Origin: an uncultured Candidatus Saccharibacteria bacterium
Lineage (GTDB): Bacteria; Patescibacteriota; Saccharimonadia; Saccharimonadales; JACDBH01
DNA: 64,000 nucleotides
Assembly (NCBI GenBank): GCA_965231105.1
Contig: OZ246417.1
Location: 229,013-293,012 of the forward strand
Reading direction: 5' to 3'
The notes beneath the pieces were generated by a model. That model was given only the letters and a program-made list of their open reading frames with translations. It was not told where the DNA came from and did no database searches. Below, piece by piece: positions 1 through 8,630 of this stretch. The position numbers and the translations under genes were made by a program. Position 1 is the first letter of the stretch, and each line of letters opens with the position of its first letter.

Positions 1-65
1 AGCCTGCCCTTCAGAACTCACCATATCTAAAATAATCTGGTCAAATAGGCCGCGGGTTTCCACTG

Positions 66-365
66 CTAGAGTCCTAAATTACCGAGTGCACCCATCATGG
101 GCTGCATTTTGTCAGCAGCGAGCTTCTGGCTTTGGTTAATAGCCTCTTTAACGGCATCCTCTACCCAGCGCTCTAAGACGCCAATGTCATCAAGGTCTAC
201 ATATTCTGGATCGATATGAATCTTACGGATCTTTTGTTCGCCGTTAATCTCTACTCGCACGGCACCATCGCCAGCTTCCACGGTAATAATTTCTTTTTGC
301 AGTTCTTTTTGAAGCTTTTTTACCTTCATGAGCATTTTAGCTTGGTCAAATCGGTTCATAGACAC
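66..365 (-). CDS. ybaB: YbaB/EbfC family nucleoid-associated DNA-binding protein
   Basis: The 99-aa translation (MSMNRFDQAKMLMKVKKLQKEL...IHIDPEYVD...) matches the YbaB/EbfC family. dnaX lies upstream on the same strand, the usual dnaX-ybaB neighbourhood. Confidence 0.85.
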   Translation of the reverse strand: MSMNRFDQAKMLMKVKKLQKELQKEIITVEAGDGAVRVEINGEQKIRKIHIDPEYVDLDDIGVLERWVEDAVKEAINQSQKLAADKMQPMMGALGNLGL

Positions 366-401
366 TCCTTCTTTGTACTTTTATTGTAACAGATGAAGAG
401 C

Positions 402-1604
402 TTATTCTGTACGCTGGAAAACTGCTACCGTTTCAGGGTTATTGGGCCACGCTATAAAATAGCGCCTGAGTTGAAAGCCGCCTGCAAATATAACTGCGAC
501 TGTAATGAGCGCTACTGCACTAATACGAGCAAGCGGATTACGTGGAAATACTCTGTACCATTCCTTGAGCATCCAACCGATGCCTTCGGCTACCACCAAA
601 TATGCAAATGGAAGTAGGATAAGGGAATTTTCAAAATTTCCGCTTATTCCAATCCAAACAGTTCCTAGGATAAAAATGCCTGCTAATAAGCGAGAACGAT
701 CGAGTCGGGATTTTCTCAAAAGCGCATAGGCACCGATAAGAAACATACCTCCAGAGAATATTTCAAGAATCGGCTGCTTACCTAAGCGGAACACCGGATT
801 TTCAGGTGCGAATGCAAAGAGTCCGAGCGGCACTGCAAGAATGTCTTTTAACATTTCAAAAGGAGATGCGAATGATGCGGGGATGCCTAAGAAACTGCGC
901 CACAACTGAGGTTCTCGTACGAGTGCAAATACAATAGGTGTTAAGGCTGCGGCCAGGATAGCGAAGCAAGATATAAGCAGAAGCGGCCTCGTGGAACCAA
1001 ACGGTCGCTGCAGGGCCTTCAATTGCCATATACAACCTGCAATGAGGAAATATATCATTCCCGGTACATACAAAGATATACCTGCCGCGAGACTAGCTAG
1101 AATCCATGCCCAAGCATTGTTAGTGCTAAATCGAAGGGCATAGCCACAAGCTATTAATACGAACAGCATCAGTAGCATGCTGTGTGGTGTAGCGAGACGA
1201 CCCGTATGGAGCAGTACTGAGGAGGTAGCAAATAATGCGGTTGCAAGCGTTGCCGTATGCGGAACAAACAAACGTTTTGCTAGCAGGTAAAAAAGGATAA
1301 TCACGATAAGACTGATACTTACATTGACTAAGCGATGGACGAGAATATCGTCACTCACCCGACTAATAAGAAGGTGCGTGGCTTTATATGGTGCATTAAC
1401 TGGATTATTTAAGATATCCTGTACTGTTGCGCTGCTTTGAATGGTTTGGTTTTCAATTGCGGCACTGCCCGGCACAAGTGTACCGAGGCGGAATACGAAG
1501 AGAAAAGCAATCAAGGCCGCACCTACCAGTATAGCGGACGTCGGTTGCCACATTGTTACCACCCTGTTCCACAGACGTTTCATCGTTAGTGGATAGTATA
1601 GCAC
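402..1604 (-). CDS. Polytopic integral membrane protein, possibly a GT39/GT83/GT87-like membrane glycosyltransferase
   Basis: The 400-aa ORF has about 10 predicted hydrophobic helices and a Pro/aromatic-rich tail. The start is uncertain (alternative Met at 1583 or 1553). The functional guess rests on general topology only. Confidence 0.5.
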   Translation of the reverse strand: MLYYPLTMKRLWNRVVTMWQPTSAILVGAALIAFLFVFRLGTLVPGSAAIENQTIQSSATVQDILNNPVNAPYKATHLLISRVSDDILVHRLVNVSISLIVIILFYLLAKRLFVPHTATLATALFATSSVLLHTGRLATPHSMLLMLFVLIACGYALRFSTNNAWAWILASLAAGISLYVPGMIYFLIAGCIWQLKALQRPFGSTRPLLLISCFAILAAALTPIVFALVREPQLWRSFLGIPASFASPFEMLKDILAVPLGLFAFAPENPVFRLGKQPILEIFSGGMFLIGAYALLRKSRLDRSRLLAGIFILGTVWIGISGNFENSLILLPFAYLVVAEGIGWMLKEWYRVFPRNPLARISAVALITVAVIFAGGFQLRRYFIAWPNNPETVAVFQRTE

Positions 1605-1624
1605 TCGCGATGATAAAGCCGCTA

Positions 1625-3013
1625 TTAACTCTCGAACGGCTGGGTGTGTTTTTTGTCTATGCTATGAAAGCGCTGTTTTTCACGGTCGAAATACAAGTCC
1701 ACATCGTCGGTGGGACCATTACGATGCTTCTTAATAAGAATCTTCGCAATATTCTTATTCTCCGTTTCGGGATTATAGTAATCTTCACGGTAAATAAAGG
1801 CTACAACGTCGGCGTCCTGTTCGATAGAGCCAGATTCGCGAAGGTCGGCAAGCTGAGGAATTTGGGGGCTGCGACTTTCGACAGAGCGACTCAACTGACT
1901 CAGTGCAATCAATGGTACATTCAGTTCGCGGGCAATACCCTTAAGTCCACGAGAAATTTCAGAAATTTCCTGTACGCGGTTTGCATCACCGCCAAAGCGT
2001 GAGCCGCCGCTCATGAGCTGAAGGTAGTCCACAACAATAAGTCCTAGAGGTCGTTTATGAGCTTCCCGGCGAGCTTTGGTGCGCATATCGCTGACGGTAA
2101 TGCCTGGCGTATCATCAATAAAAATTTGTGCCTCGCTCAGTGTTCCCATTGCCTGACCGATCTTTTCAAAGTCGCTATCAGTAAGGTTGCCGGTTCGAAG
2201 GTTCCACGCGTTCACACTGGCTTCTGCGGCCAGCAAGCGATCAACGAGCTGTTCCTTACTCATTTCAAGGCTGAAGACGAGAACGGGCATAGCAGCTTTC
2301 ACGGCCACATTATGCGCAAGATTAAGGGCAAACGCAGTCTTACCCATCGAAGGTCGAGCGGCGAGAATTATAAGATCTGATGGCTGCAGGCCTGCCAAGA
2401 TGTTATCGAGATCACGATACCCTGTTGGCACACCTCTCAGTTTACCTTTATCTTTATGGAGTTCATCGAGACGATCAAAACTCGCGCTTAATATGTTCTC
2501 AATACTCTCGATATCTTGCTTTATGTGTTCCTGAGAAACTTCAAATAAACTGGTTTCAGCATTCTCAATAAGTTCTTGAAGACTCTGTGACTCATCAAAA
2601 CCTAGATTAGCGATGGACTGGCTTGCCTTAATAAGACGACGGCGCATCGCCTTTTGGGCAATAATATCTGCATAGCGATCAGCATGGGCAGCGGTTGGTA
2701 CGAAGTTTGTGAGTTCAGTGAGATACGAAGCGCCTCCCACAATATCAAGCATGCCAGTATTTTTTAGCTGATCCGATAAGGTCAAGACATCGATAGGACT
2801 ATGCTTTTCATAAAGCTGCAGCATGCCTTCGTAAATACGAGCATGTCTTTCATCATAAAAATCATTGGGCCGTACAAGATCTGCTACTTTTACCACTGCA
2901 TCGCTATCGATAAGCAATGCTCCTAATAGGCTGGCCTCTGCCTCGGTATTCTGAGGAGGAATGTGAGCGATTTTATCCGGTTCCATATTAGGACTCGAGT
3001 ACCTCTCCCCCAC
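1625..3013 (-). CDS. dnaB: Replicative DNA helicase DnaB
   Basis: The 462-aa product has the DnaB N-terminal domain and a RecA-like Walker A (ARPSMGKTAF), followed by the conserved DnaB C-terminal motifs. Confidence 0.9.
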   Translation of the reverse strand: MGERYSSPNMEPDKIAHIPPQNTEAEASLLGALLIDSDAVVKVADLVRPNDFYDERHARIYEGMLQLYEKHSPIDVLTLSDQLKNTGMLDIVGGASYLTELTNFVPTAAHADRYADIIAQKAMRRRLIKASQSIANLGFDESQSLQELIENAETSLFEVSQEHIKQDIESIENILSASFDRLDELHKDKGKLRGVPTGYRDLDNILAGLQPSDLIILAARPSMGKTAFALNLAHNVAVKAAMPVLVFSLEMSKEQLVDRLLAAEASVNAWNLRTGNLTDSDFEKIGQAMGTLSEAQIFIDDTPGITVSDMRTKARREAHKRPLGLIVVDYLQLMSGGSRFGGDANRVQEISEISRGLKGIARELNVPLIALSQLSRSVESRSPQIPQLADLRESGSIEQDADVVAFIYREDYYNPETENKNIAKILIKKHRNGPTDDVDLYFDREKQRFHSIDKKHTQPFES

Positions 3014-4514
3014 CGAATATTGACGTTATGGCCTGCAGTTCACTGCCACTTTCAGATACTATATCACTAGCCACGGGTTCAACGGGATCTGCTTGTTTTT
3101 CAGCAACCGGCTTACCCTTCGCCTTTTTATCGTGTAGAGCCTGAATCTGGTAGGTATTGCCTGTAAGTGCCTTAATAATACTCTGTAATTTTCCACTTGT
3201 TTGGGCGTCGGCAATCTTTTTGGCATGAAAGCCAAAAGAAAAACGCAACGTTAAAGTAGACTCGTTGCACTCCGGATGTGCCATACGAAGGACGCCATAC
3301 AGGGTGTTATTGTGCTTCTTTGTTTCCTGCAAAACATGAGGCCACCATTCTTCGAAGCCTGCATCTGAATGCGTAGGAGCGGTATTCTCTTCTGCTTTAG
3401 ACTCAGTTTCAGTAGGTTCCGCCTCTTCAACTTTCGCTTCAGCTGATTCTGACTTTTCTTTCTTTTCTATCTTGTTGGTGGGTTTTTCTGGTTTTGGCGT
3501 TGAGACAGGCGTGACGGGTGGTACGGAGGGTGCTGGCTGATGCGACGCAGAAGGTGTAGCAATGGCAGCGCCGAAGAGTGCAAGCTCTAGAGCTGCTAAG
3601 GGATTATGGGCGGCAGGGACAGAAAGGAGGTCGCTGAGGAGACTTTTAAGTAGCTCAGAGGACTGTTTATCTGTACTCGTAATGAATTGCTCGCGCACGA
3701 TCGCGCTTAGTTGTTTTGCAACCTGACTTGGAGTAATGCCCTGCTCTACGAGGCTGGCCAGGTTCTTTACTATTTCTGCAGGGACACCGGATAATGTGGC
3801 AGATAGAAGTCCTTCCAGGGCTTCATGAGGCGCAACGCCAATGAGGCGTTCCACGTCCTTGCGGGATACTGACTTCTTATGGTTGCCGACTTGGTCTAAT
3901 AAACTAATACTGTCTCTAAAACTTCCCGCACCATGCTCGGCCAATAGCTCGAGGGCATCATCGTCAATCTCTATGCCTTCCTTTTGCGCGATAGCACGAA
4001 GATGCTCAACCGCGCGTGGATTATCAATGGATTTAAAGGTAAAGCGCTGAGTTCTGCTGATAATAGTTTCAGGAAGTTTGTGTACCTCAGTGGTAGCTAG
4101 AATAAAGATGACGTGTGCTGGTGGTTCTTCGAGGGTTTTCAGAAGCGCATTAAATGCTTCTTTCGTGAGCATGTGCACTTCGTCGATAATATACACCTTG
4201 TACTTAGCTGAGGTAGGAGCAATGTGTACCTTGTCTCGAAGGTCTCTAATTTCATCAATACGTCGATTACTTGCGGCATCAATTTCAATAATATCGAGGT
4301 GCACCGATTCGTCGGTGTACGGAAGACTATTCACTTCATGCGCTAAGATACGAGCGATTGAAGTCTTACCCACTCCTCGAGGTCCAGTAAATAAATACGC
4401 ATGGCTAATCTTTCCAGACTTAATAGCGCGTTCAAGAGTTTTCGTGACATGCTCTTGCCCGACGATTTCCGATAACGATTTAGACCGATATTTTCGGTAT
4501 AATGCCTGACCCAA
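2988..4514 (-). CDS. dnaX: DNA polymerase III subunit gamma/tau
   Basis: It is 508 aa with an AAA+ Walker A (GPRGVGKTS) and the DnaX clamp-loader motifs. It starts at TTG with a GGAGG Shine-Dalgarno 7 nt upstream. Confidence 0.9.
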   Translation of the reverse strand: MGQALYRKYRSKSLSEIVGQEHVTKTLERAIKSGKISHAYLFTGPRGVGKTSIARILAHEVNSLPYTDESVHLDIIEIDAASNRRIDEIRDLRDKVHIAPTSAKYKVYIIDEVHMLTKEAFNALLKTLEEPPAHVIFILATTEVHKLPETIISRTQRFTFKSIDNPRAVEHLRAIAQKEGIEIDDDALELLAEHGAGSFRDSISLLDQVGNHKKSVSRKDVERLIGVAPHEALEGLLSATLSGVPAEIVKNLASLVEQGITPSQVAKQLSAIVREQFITSTDKQSSELLKSLLSDLLSVPAAHNPLAALELALFGAAIATPSASHQPAPSVPPVTPVSTPKPEKPTNKIEKKEKSESAEAKVEEAEPTETESKAEENTAPTHSDAGFEEWWPHVLQETKKHNNTLYGVLRMAHPECNESTLTLRFSFGFHAKKIADAQTSGKLQSIIKALTGNTYQIQALHDKKAKGKPVAEKQADPVEPVASDIVSESGSELQAITSIFGGGEVLES

Positions 4515-4606
4515 CTTTTGTACCCTCCAAAGGTTTATACATAGTATAAAACGTCAGCGGATGTATGCGCTACCCCTGTTGTGTATAAGACCTGGATAAT
4601 CTGTGT

Positions 4607-5113
4607 TTAAAGCGCCGCTTCTAAAGCAGCCCACTCGGCATTGCCATCTTCTGGCACATTGATACTCACTTGATCGCCTGGCTTTGCTTTAAAGTATGTA
4701 ACACTGGCAAGAAGTACACGGTACTCTTTGTCTCCAACTGTTACCACATAGTGACCTTCTTTTTGAGTAAGCACGCCAACAACTTGCTTACGAGGAATAG
4801 GACCGATCTGCTTGTATAAGAATGCACCGTCTTCAGCAATAGTGAGCTTTAAGATATCACCTTGTACGAGTTTAGACTTACTTGCATAGTTTGCAGGAAC
4901 AGGATAGGTTTTTGCATCTGAGCCGACCATATTCTGGCCATCAAAGACGCCTTCAATAACTTTGCCAATGTTCTCATCTTTGACACTAGCAGATACAACC
5001 GCGTCATCACCAACAAGGCTAATAAGCAGCTCTTTTGCGGCTGCTAAGTTTGTTTCTGCCTCTTGGATCAGCGCTCTCAATCGCTTTACCTGTTTTTCGG
5101 GGATATCCGCCAT
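4607..5113 (-). CDS. Hypothetical protein
   Basis: A clean 168-aa ORF with coding-like composition. I recognise no motif. Confidence 0.55.
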   Translation of the reverse strand: MADIPEKQVKRLRALIQEAETNLAAAKELLISLVGDDAVVSASVKDENIGKVIEGVFDGQNMVGSDAKTYPVPANYASKSKLVQGDILKLTIAEDGAFLYKQIGPIPRKQVVGVLTQKEGHYVVTVGDKEYRVLLASVTYFKAKPGDQVSINVPEDGNAEWAALEAAL

Positions 5114-5271
5114 TTTTGGTACTTTATCTTTCTCGCAATCTTTTGTTTAAGTACTCTTCCGCCTAACCGTAACATAGCAGCCATGTCAAGTCAAAGATAA
5201 GCATTATTTTCTGTGGATAAAGTTCGCCTTCATTTTGCTCATGCTTGCATGCCTTCTAAAAGCACCGTAAG

Positions 5272-5742
5272 GTGAAGCGCATGACAGCATCAAATGAATC
5301 TATTCGACACATATTTCTGCACGGACACGGTGACAGAAGCGGGGCATGTGCACTTGAACGTGCGCAGTACGCTACGGACACCTCCTACATGGGCTTTGAA
5401 GATCCAAGATCGGCCGCTGTAGGTCCTGTTGGGATGGAGCGCAAGGTACAAAAATGTGGTCGGCCATTATGCAAGGCTTACGTTAAGATAAATATCGCAA
5501 CTGATACCTTTGAGCTTGATGGTGAGTGCAAAATGGCTGATCTTTGCGCCAAAGAAGTACATGACGGAGAAACGCCAGAAACTCGGGAAAGAGAACTTGT
5601 AAAGATCGCGACTTCTGAAATTCTTTCTTTCTGCTGCCCGCGTGTAGCGTGTGAATATAATTATGGCTTTACTATCGACGGTAATGCGGGCGAAGCGAGA
5701 GTCTGCATGCGCGCTGCTGAAGTTCAAGAACCTCAGCAATAA
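5272..5742 (+). CDS. Hypothetical Cys-rich protein
   Basis: A 156-aa ORF with about 9 Cys, convergent with rplL. The antisense ORF 5467..5739 is treated as its shadow. Confidence 0.45.
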   Translation: MKRMTASNESIRHIFLHGHGDRSGACALERAQYATDTSYMGFEDPRSAAVGPVGMERKVQKCGRPLCKAYVKINIATDTFELDGECKMADLCAKEVHDGETPETRERELVKIATSEILSFCCPRVACEYNYGFTIDGNAGEARVCMRAAEVQEPQQ

Positions 5743-5786
5743 AAAACCGCCCTGTAAAAAACAGAGCGGCTTCTTCTAATTTTTTA
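5741..5786. terminator. Bidirectional intrinsic terminator between the convergent hypothetical gene and rplL
   Basis: A/U-rich runs on both sides flank the hairpin CCGCCCTGT-aaaaaa-ACAGAGCGG (8/9 bp). Confidence 0.55.
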
Positions 5787-5789
5787 GCT

Positions 5790-6173
5790 TTAGGCAAGCT
5801 CGACAGTAGCGCCGGCTTCTTCCAAAGTCTTCTTAGCGTTTTCAGCGTCCTCTTTCTTAGCTTTTTCAAGCACAGTCTTTGGAGCGCCATCAACGATAGC
5901 CTTTGCTTCACCAAGGCCAAGACCAGTAAGGTCCTTAACAGCCTTAATAACAGCAACCTTCTGAGCACCAGCGTCCTTAAGAACAACATCGTACTCAGCC
6001 TTGGCTTCTTCAGCAGGAGCGGCGTCGCCACCTGCAGCAGCAGGGCCAGCAACAGCTACAGCGGCAGCTGCAGGCTCAATGCCGTATTCATCCTTAAGGA
6101 TGGTCTTAAGTTCGTTTACTTCAAGGACAGTAAGGCTGGTAAGCTCTTCTGCCAATTTCTTTAAATCTGCCAT
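5790..6173 (-). CDS. rplL: 50S ribosomal protein L7/L12
   Basis: The 127-aa product has the Ala/Glu-rich hinge and the conserved C-terminal domain (...[16 protein letters not shown]...). Confidence 0.95.
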   Translation of the reverse strand: MADLKKLAEELTSLTVLEVNELKTILKDEYGIEPAAAAVAVAGPAAAGGDAAPAEEAKAEYDVVLKDAGAQKVAVIKAVKDLTGLGLGEAKAIVDGAPKTVLEKAKKEDAENAKKTLEEAGATVELA

Positions 6174-6193
6174 TTCTTATTCCTTTCCTTAAA

Positions 6194-6715
6194 TTAGGCT
6201 GCCTTAGCCTCAATGCCATCTAAAAGAGCGTGCAGGTTGCCTGAGAGGCCGCCCATGACGTCATTAAGTGGTGAGCTAAGTGTTGCCAATACTTCAGCGA
6301 TAAGTTGATTCTTGCTTGGGAGCGCTGCGAGTGCTTTAACTTCATCCGCACTAATGAATTTGCCGTCTGCTGTAATAGCACCGACAAACTGAATGCTCGG
6401 ATTAGTTTTTGCAAACGTAGCAAGGCTGCTCGCAGGAGCAACTTCGTCCGCTTCATTAAATGCATAAAGCAGCTGACCTTTTAGTGCGCTGGTATCAACA
6501 CCTTTAAGGCCTTCATTGCTCTCGAGAGCTTTGATGACCAGCCGGTTTTTTACCACACTTACTTTTGTGCCGCTTGCTTTTGCATCCTTACGTAAAGCTT
6601 GGATAGCTTTAACGGTTGTACCTTGGTACTGCGCAACTACTGTCAACTTAGAGTTAGCTAGTAGTTCGCTGAGTTCAGCTACAACTTCATTTTTCTTCTG
6701 TTTGGTTAGAGCCAT
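6194..6715 (-). CDS. rplJ: 50S ribosomal protein L10
   Basis: A 173-aa L10 family match, placed immediately upstream of rplL. Confidence 0.95.
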   Translation of the reverse strand: MALTKQKKNEVVAELSELLANSKLTVVAQYQGTTVKAIQALRKDAKASGTKVSVVKNRLVIKALESNEGLKGVDTSALKGQLLYAFNEADEVAPASSLATFAKTNPSIQFVGAITADGKFISADEVKALAALPSKNQLIAEVLATLSSPLNDVMGGLSGNLHALLDGIEAKAA

Positions 6716-6785
6716 GTCAGTGATTTCCTTTTCACTTCAATGTTTGTTGCTTATCCTATCGACCGTTGAATAAGCTGATTACGCT

Positions 6786-6821
6786 AAAACAAAAACGTCC
6801 TTGCGGATTAGGCAAAGACGT
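6786..6821 (-). terminator. Intrinsic terminator/attenuator in the rplJ leader, also 3' of the small-gene operon
   Basis: On the minus-strand RNA a 10-bp stem (ACGUCUUUGC / GCAAGGACGU, one G-U pair) with a 7-nt loop is followed by UUUUUGUUUU. A TATAAT -10 lies upstream at 6902..6907. Confidence 0.55.
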
Positions 6822-6901
6822 TAATAATGAACAAAAAGTATAAGATTGTTCACCTCGGTAGCATTCTTAAATCCTTTAGAGGGATCGCTACTGTCTTTGG
6901 T

Positions 6902-6907
6902 AATCAG
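6902..6907 (-). promoter_or_regulatory. Candidate -10 element (TATAAT) for the rplJL transcript
   Basis: A perfect TATAAT sits on the minus strand just after the stop of the upstream small gene. The -35 is weak. Confidence 0.25.
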
Positions 6908-6937
6908 AAAAATTATACGTTAACAGGGGTGCTTCTG

Positions 6938-7186
6938 TCAATCTCCAAATGGAATATCCTTAGGAAAATCTGGCCCACTTGAGAAATCATGCATATCGTT
7001 TAAAGGCGCAGTTTCGAACTCAGTGACCACATCATGTCGAACGGGTATGTATTGGGCAACAGAAGGTGGTACGGGAAAGCGTCTTCCCATCCGCTGAAGC
7101 TGTTCAAGTCGCTCAGAAGTGGTCTCAGGGCCAGTCCCAATATCTGTGGGTGCACTCCAGTATCTTTGAAAGTGAAATCCTTCCAT
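6938..7186 (-). CDS. Hypothetical small protein (82 aa), third gene of a tandem trio
   Basis: The ORF has an AAGGAG RBS 9 nt upstream of the ATG, lies 4 nt after the preceding gene and is followed by a terminator. Confidence 0.5.
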   Translation of the reverse strand: MEGFHFQRYWSAPTDIGTGPETTSERLEQLQRMGRRFPVPPSVAQYIPVRHDVVTEFETAPLNDMHDFSSGPDFPKDIPFGD

Positions 7187-7190
7187 GAGC

Positions 7191-7439
7191 TTACCATCTC
7201 CTTGTTAATTCATTTAGTACTACTGCAGGGTCAATCGCATGGCTCCGATGAACTGCGGCAAATTCTGTTGTAGATGCCACTGCGGTAGAAGCGACTACAT
7301 GAGTTACCTCTTCTACTCGTTGTGCTTCTACGGCTGGATGTAGTCTTCCGTCTCTAAGGTCCGATACGGGTCCACGGCCCTGTCTGTGGGCTTCGGCATT
7401 AACTTCTCCTGGTTGTAATGGTAGTTCGAAAGGGGTCAT
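7191..7439 (-). CDS. Hypothetical small protein (82 aa; trimmed from the 119-aa ORF-track call)
   Basis: An internal ATG at 7439 is preceded by AAGGAGA. The longer 7191..7550 version would overlap the upstream gene by 92 nt in another frame. Confidence 0.45.
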   Translation of the reverse strand: MTPFELPLQPGEVNAEAHRQGRGPVSDLRDGRLHPAVEAQRVEEVTHVVASTAVASTTEFAAVHRSHAIDPAVVLNELTRRW

Positions 7440-7458
7440 AACATTCTCCTTAAATCTT

Positions 7459-7707
7459 TTATACTGTCTCTCTGACTGACTGGATTTCGGTCTCAAAGTC
7501 GGCGCTCGAAAGTCCGCTTTGACTTGCTTCAGCTGCTTTTCGCCACTCATCGGTAAGGCCGTCGTATGCGGCCAATATCACAGCGGCAACCGCTACAGCT
7601 GTTTCGCTCATCGTTAACTTATTTTCGGGTCTCCAGTTTCGGTCTGCTTCTGGCATATGACCATGTGGCGTACTGACAGCTGGACAACCTTGGACCTCGC
7701 AACTCAT
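7459..7707 (-). CDS. Hypothetical small protein (82 aa), first gene of the trio
   Basis: An AAGGAA RBS sits 8-9 nt upstream of the ATG. The N-terminus reads CEVQGCPAVSTPHGH, with His/Cys that could bind metal. Confidence 0.5.
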   Translation of the reverse strand: MSCEVQGCPAVSTPHGHMPEADRNWRPENKLTMSETAVAVAAVILAAYDGLTDEWRKAAEASQSGLSSADFETEIQSVRETV

Positions 7708-7728
7708 ATCGTATTATTCCTTAAAATT

Positions 7729-7818
7729 AAAAAAACTTCACGAGTGGAGTGAAGCTTTCTTATGAGTGATTGGTTGTGCTGCGTCTTAGTTTGGCTTCAC
7801 TCCATAAGCAGCACAACC
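7729..7818 (-). promoter_or_regulatory. Structured 5' leader with an attenuator-like intrinsic terminator plus competing antiterminator/pseudoknot helices, upstream of the small-gene trio
   Basis: On the minus RNA, helix B' (7818-7808) pairs with B (7782-7772) over 11 bp. Helix A' (7803-7794) pairs with A (7755-7746) over 10 bp. A terminator hairpin CUUCAC-7nt-GUGAAG (7754-7736) with a U7 tract (7735-7729) shares its 5' arm with A. The RBS and ATG follow about 20 nt downstream. Confidence 0.45.
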
Positions 7819-7914
7819 TCCATTGAGAATAATGAGGTCGAGCAGGCTTAAAAGAGTATTTTTTGCCATAACAGTATCGATACTACGCTCGCTAAAAAAT
7901 ATGTCAAGTTATTG

Positions 7915-7943
7915 TTGACATTCTATTGACATAAGCGTACATT
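7915..7943 (+). promoter_or_regulatory. Candidate sigma70-type promoter (TTGACA, 17 nt, TACATT) for the 8115 gene
   Basis: A consensus -35 is followed by a 17-nt spacer and a 4/6 -10. Confidence 0.35.
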
Positions 7944-8061
7944 CTTTATTGGTATGAAAACCTTCCAACAATTTTACGCTCCAATTTGTGTAAAGCGCGA
8001 CATGCTTTGCTACATGAACGCGCGCTAAAACTGCTGGAATAACGACGAATTAAGAGAAAAA

Positions 8062-8101
8062 GTAAAAACCGGATTCCAGCAAAAGGGGGATCCGGTTTTT
8101 T
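8062..8101 (+). terminator. Hairpin plus T-tract 14 nt upstream of a start codon; leader attenuator or bidirectional terminator
   Basis: The stem CCGGAT / ATCCGG has a 15-nt loop and is followed by TTTTTT, with AAAAA on the 5' side. An upstream 8-nt segment GCTGGAAT (8024-8031) is complementary to ATTCCAGC, which overlaps the hairpin. Confidence 0.45.
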
Positions 8102-8114
8102 AGTAAGGGAAGAT

Positions 8115-8630
8115 GTGATGAGTAAGGGATTACAAGTTTTACTTGAACGTAAAATAGAAAATGAACGAGTGCAATTGCCTATAGGTAAGCAACGCGCTGA
8201 AGAGCTGGTTCATGAAATAAATACGGAAGGTCCGCATGCACTGAGAGGGTTTAATTTAGGCATTGCAGCTGCCCGCGTGGTAGCCGGTGCGGCAGACCCT
8301 TTACAGGATGAACGTGGTCGACATGTTCCATTTATCGTGAATGCGGCCCAGAATGACACAGGACGTTTTTGGTTTAATCGTGGTCTTTTTCTTCTCGCTC
8401 CCCCACTCGATATTCATGTAGACATTGATGCACTCCGCGACGTCAATGATATTGATACGCTTGTTGCCTACCATGAAGGTGCAGGCCTCGGCCTTACCGC
8501 CCAGCGACTCAAAAGAGGTCCTATGCACGATTATGAAGATTTACCTCCTGAAGCGCAGGAGGTACTGTCCTTTACCGTAGTGCCTGACTCGGAATTGGCA
8601 AAGAGATCTATTTTAGCTGTTCGAGCTTAA
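8115..8630 (+). CDS. Hypothetical protein
   Basis: A 171-aa ORF with a GTG/ATG start preceded by an AAGGGA RBS. It converges on and overlaps the tmk-thyX 3' end by 23 nt. Confidence 0.45.
   Translation: MMSKGLQVLLERKIENERVQLPIGKQRAEELVHEINTEGPHALRGFNLGIAAARVVAGAADPLQDERGRHVPFIVNAAQNDTGRFWFNRGLFLLAPPLDIHVDIDALRDVNDIDTLVAYHEGAGLGLTAQRLKRGPMHDYEDLPPEAQEVLSFTVVPDSELAKRSILAVRA

Noticed and set aside
4515-4606. Looked for an SRP/4.5S RNA (ffs) immediately upstream of dnaX, a common location.
   Set aside because: No GGAA...AGCAG-type domain IV motif or extended hairpin is present. The region is a 92-nt spacer with only the dnaX RBS/TTG start.
5672-6052. 126-aa Leu/Arg-rich minus-strand ORF.
   Set aside because: It is a same-strand alternate-frame shadow overlapping rplL, with low-complexity composition that reflects the GC-rich Ala codons of L7/L12.
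7191-7550. The 119-aa ORF-track version of the middle small gene.
   Set aside because: It would overlap the upstream gene by 92 nt in another frame. An internal ATG with an AAGGAGA RBS at 7439 gives a tidy non-overlapping 82-aa gene.
8301-8528. 75-aa minus-strand ORF inside the 171-aa gene.
   Set aside because: It is antisense to a better-supported ORF and has an AT-rich, odd composition with no RBS.
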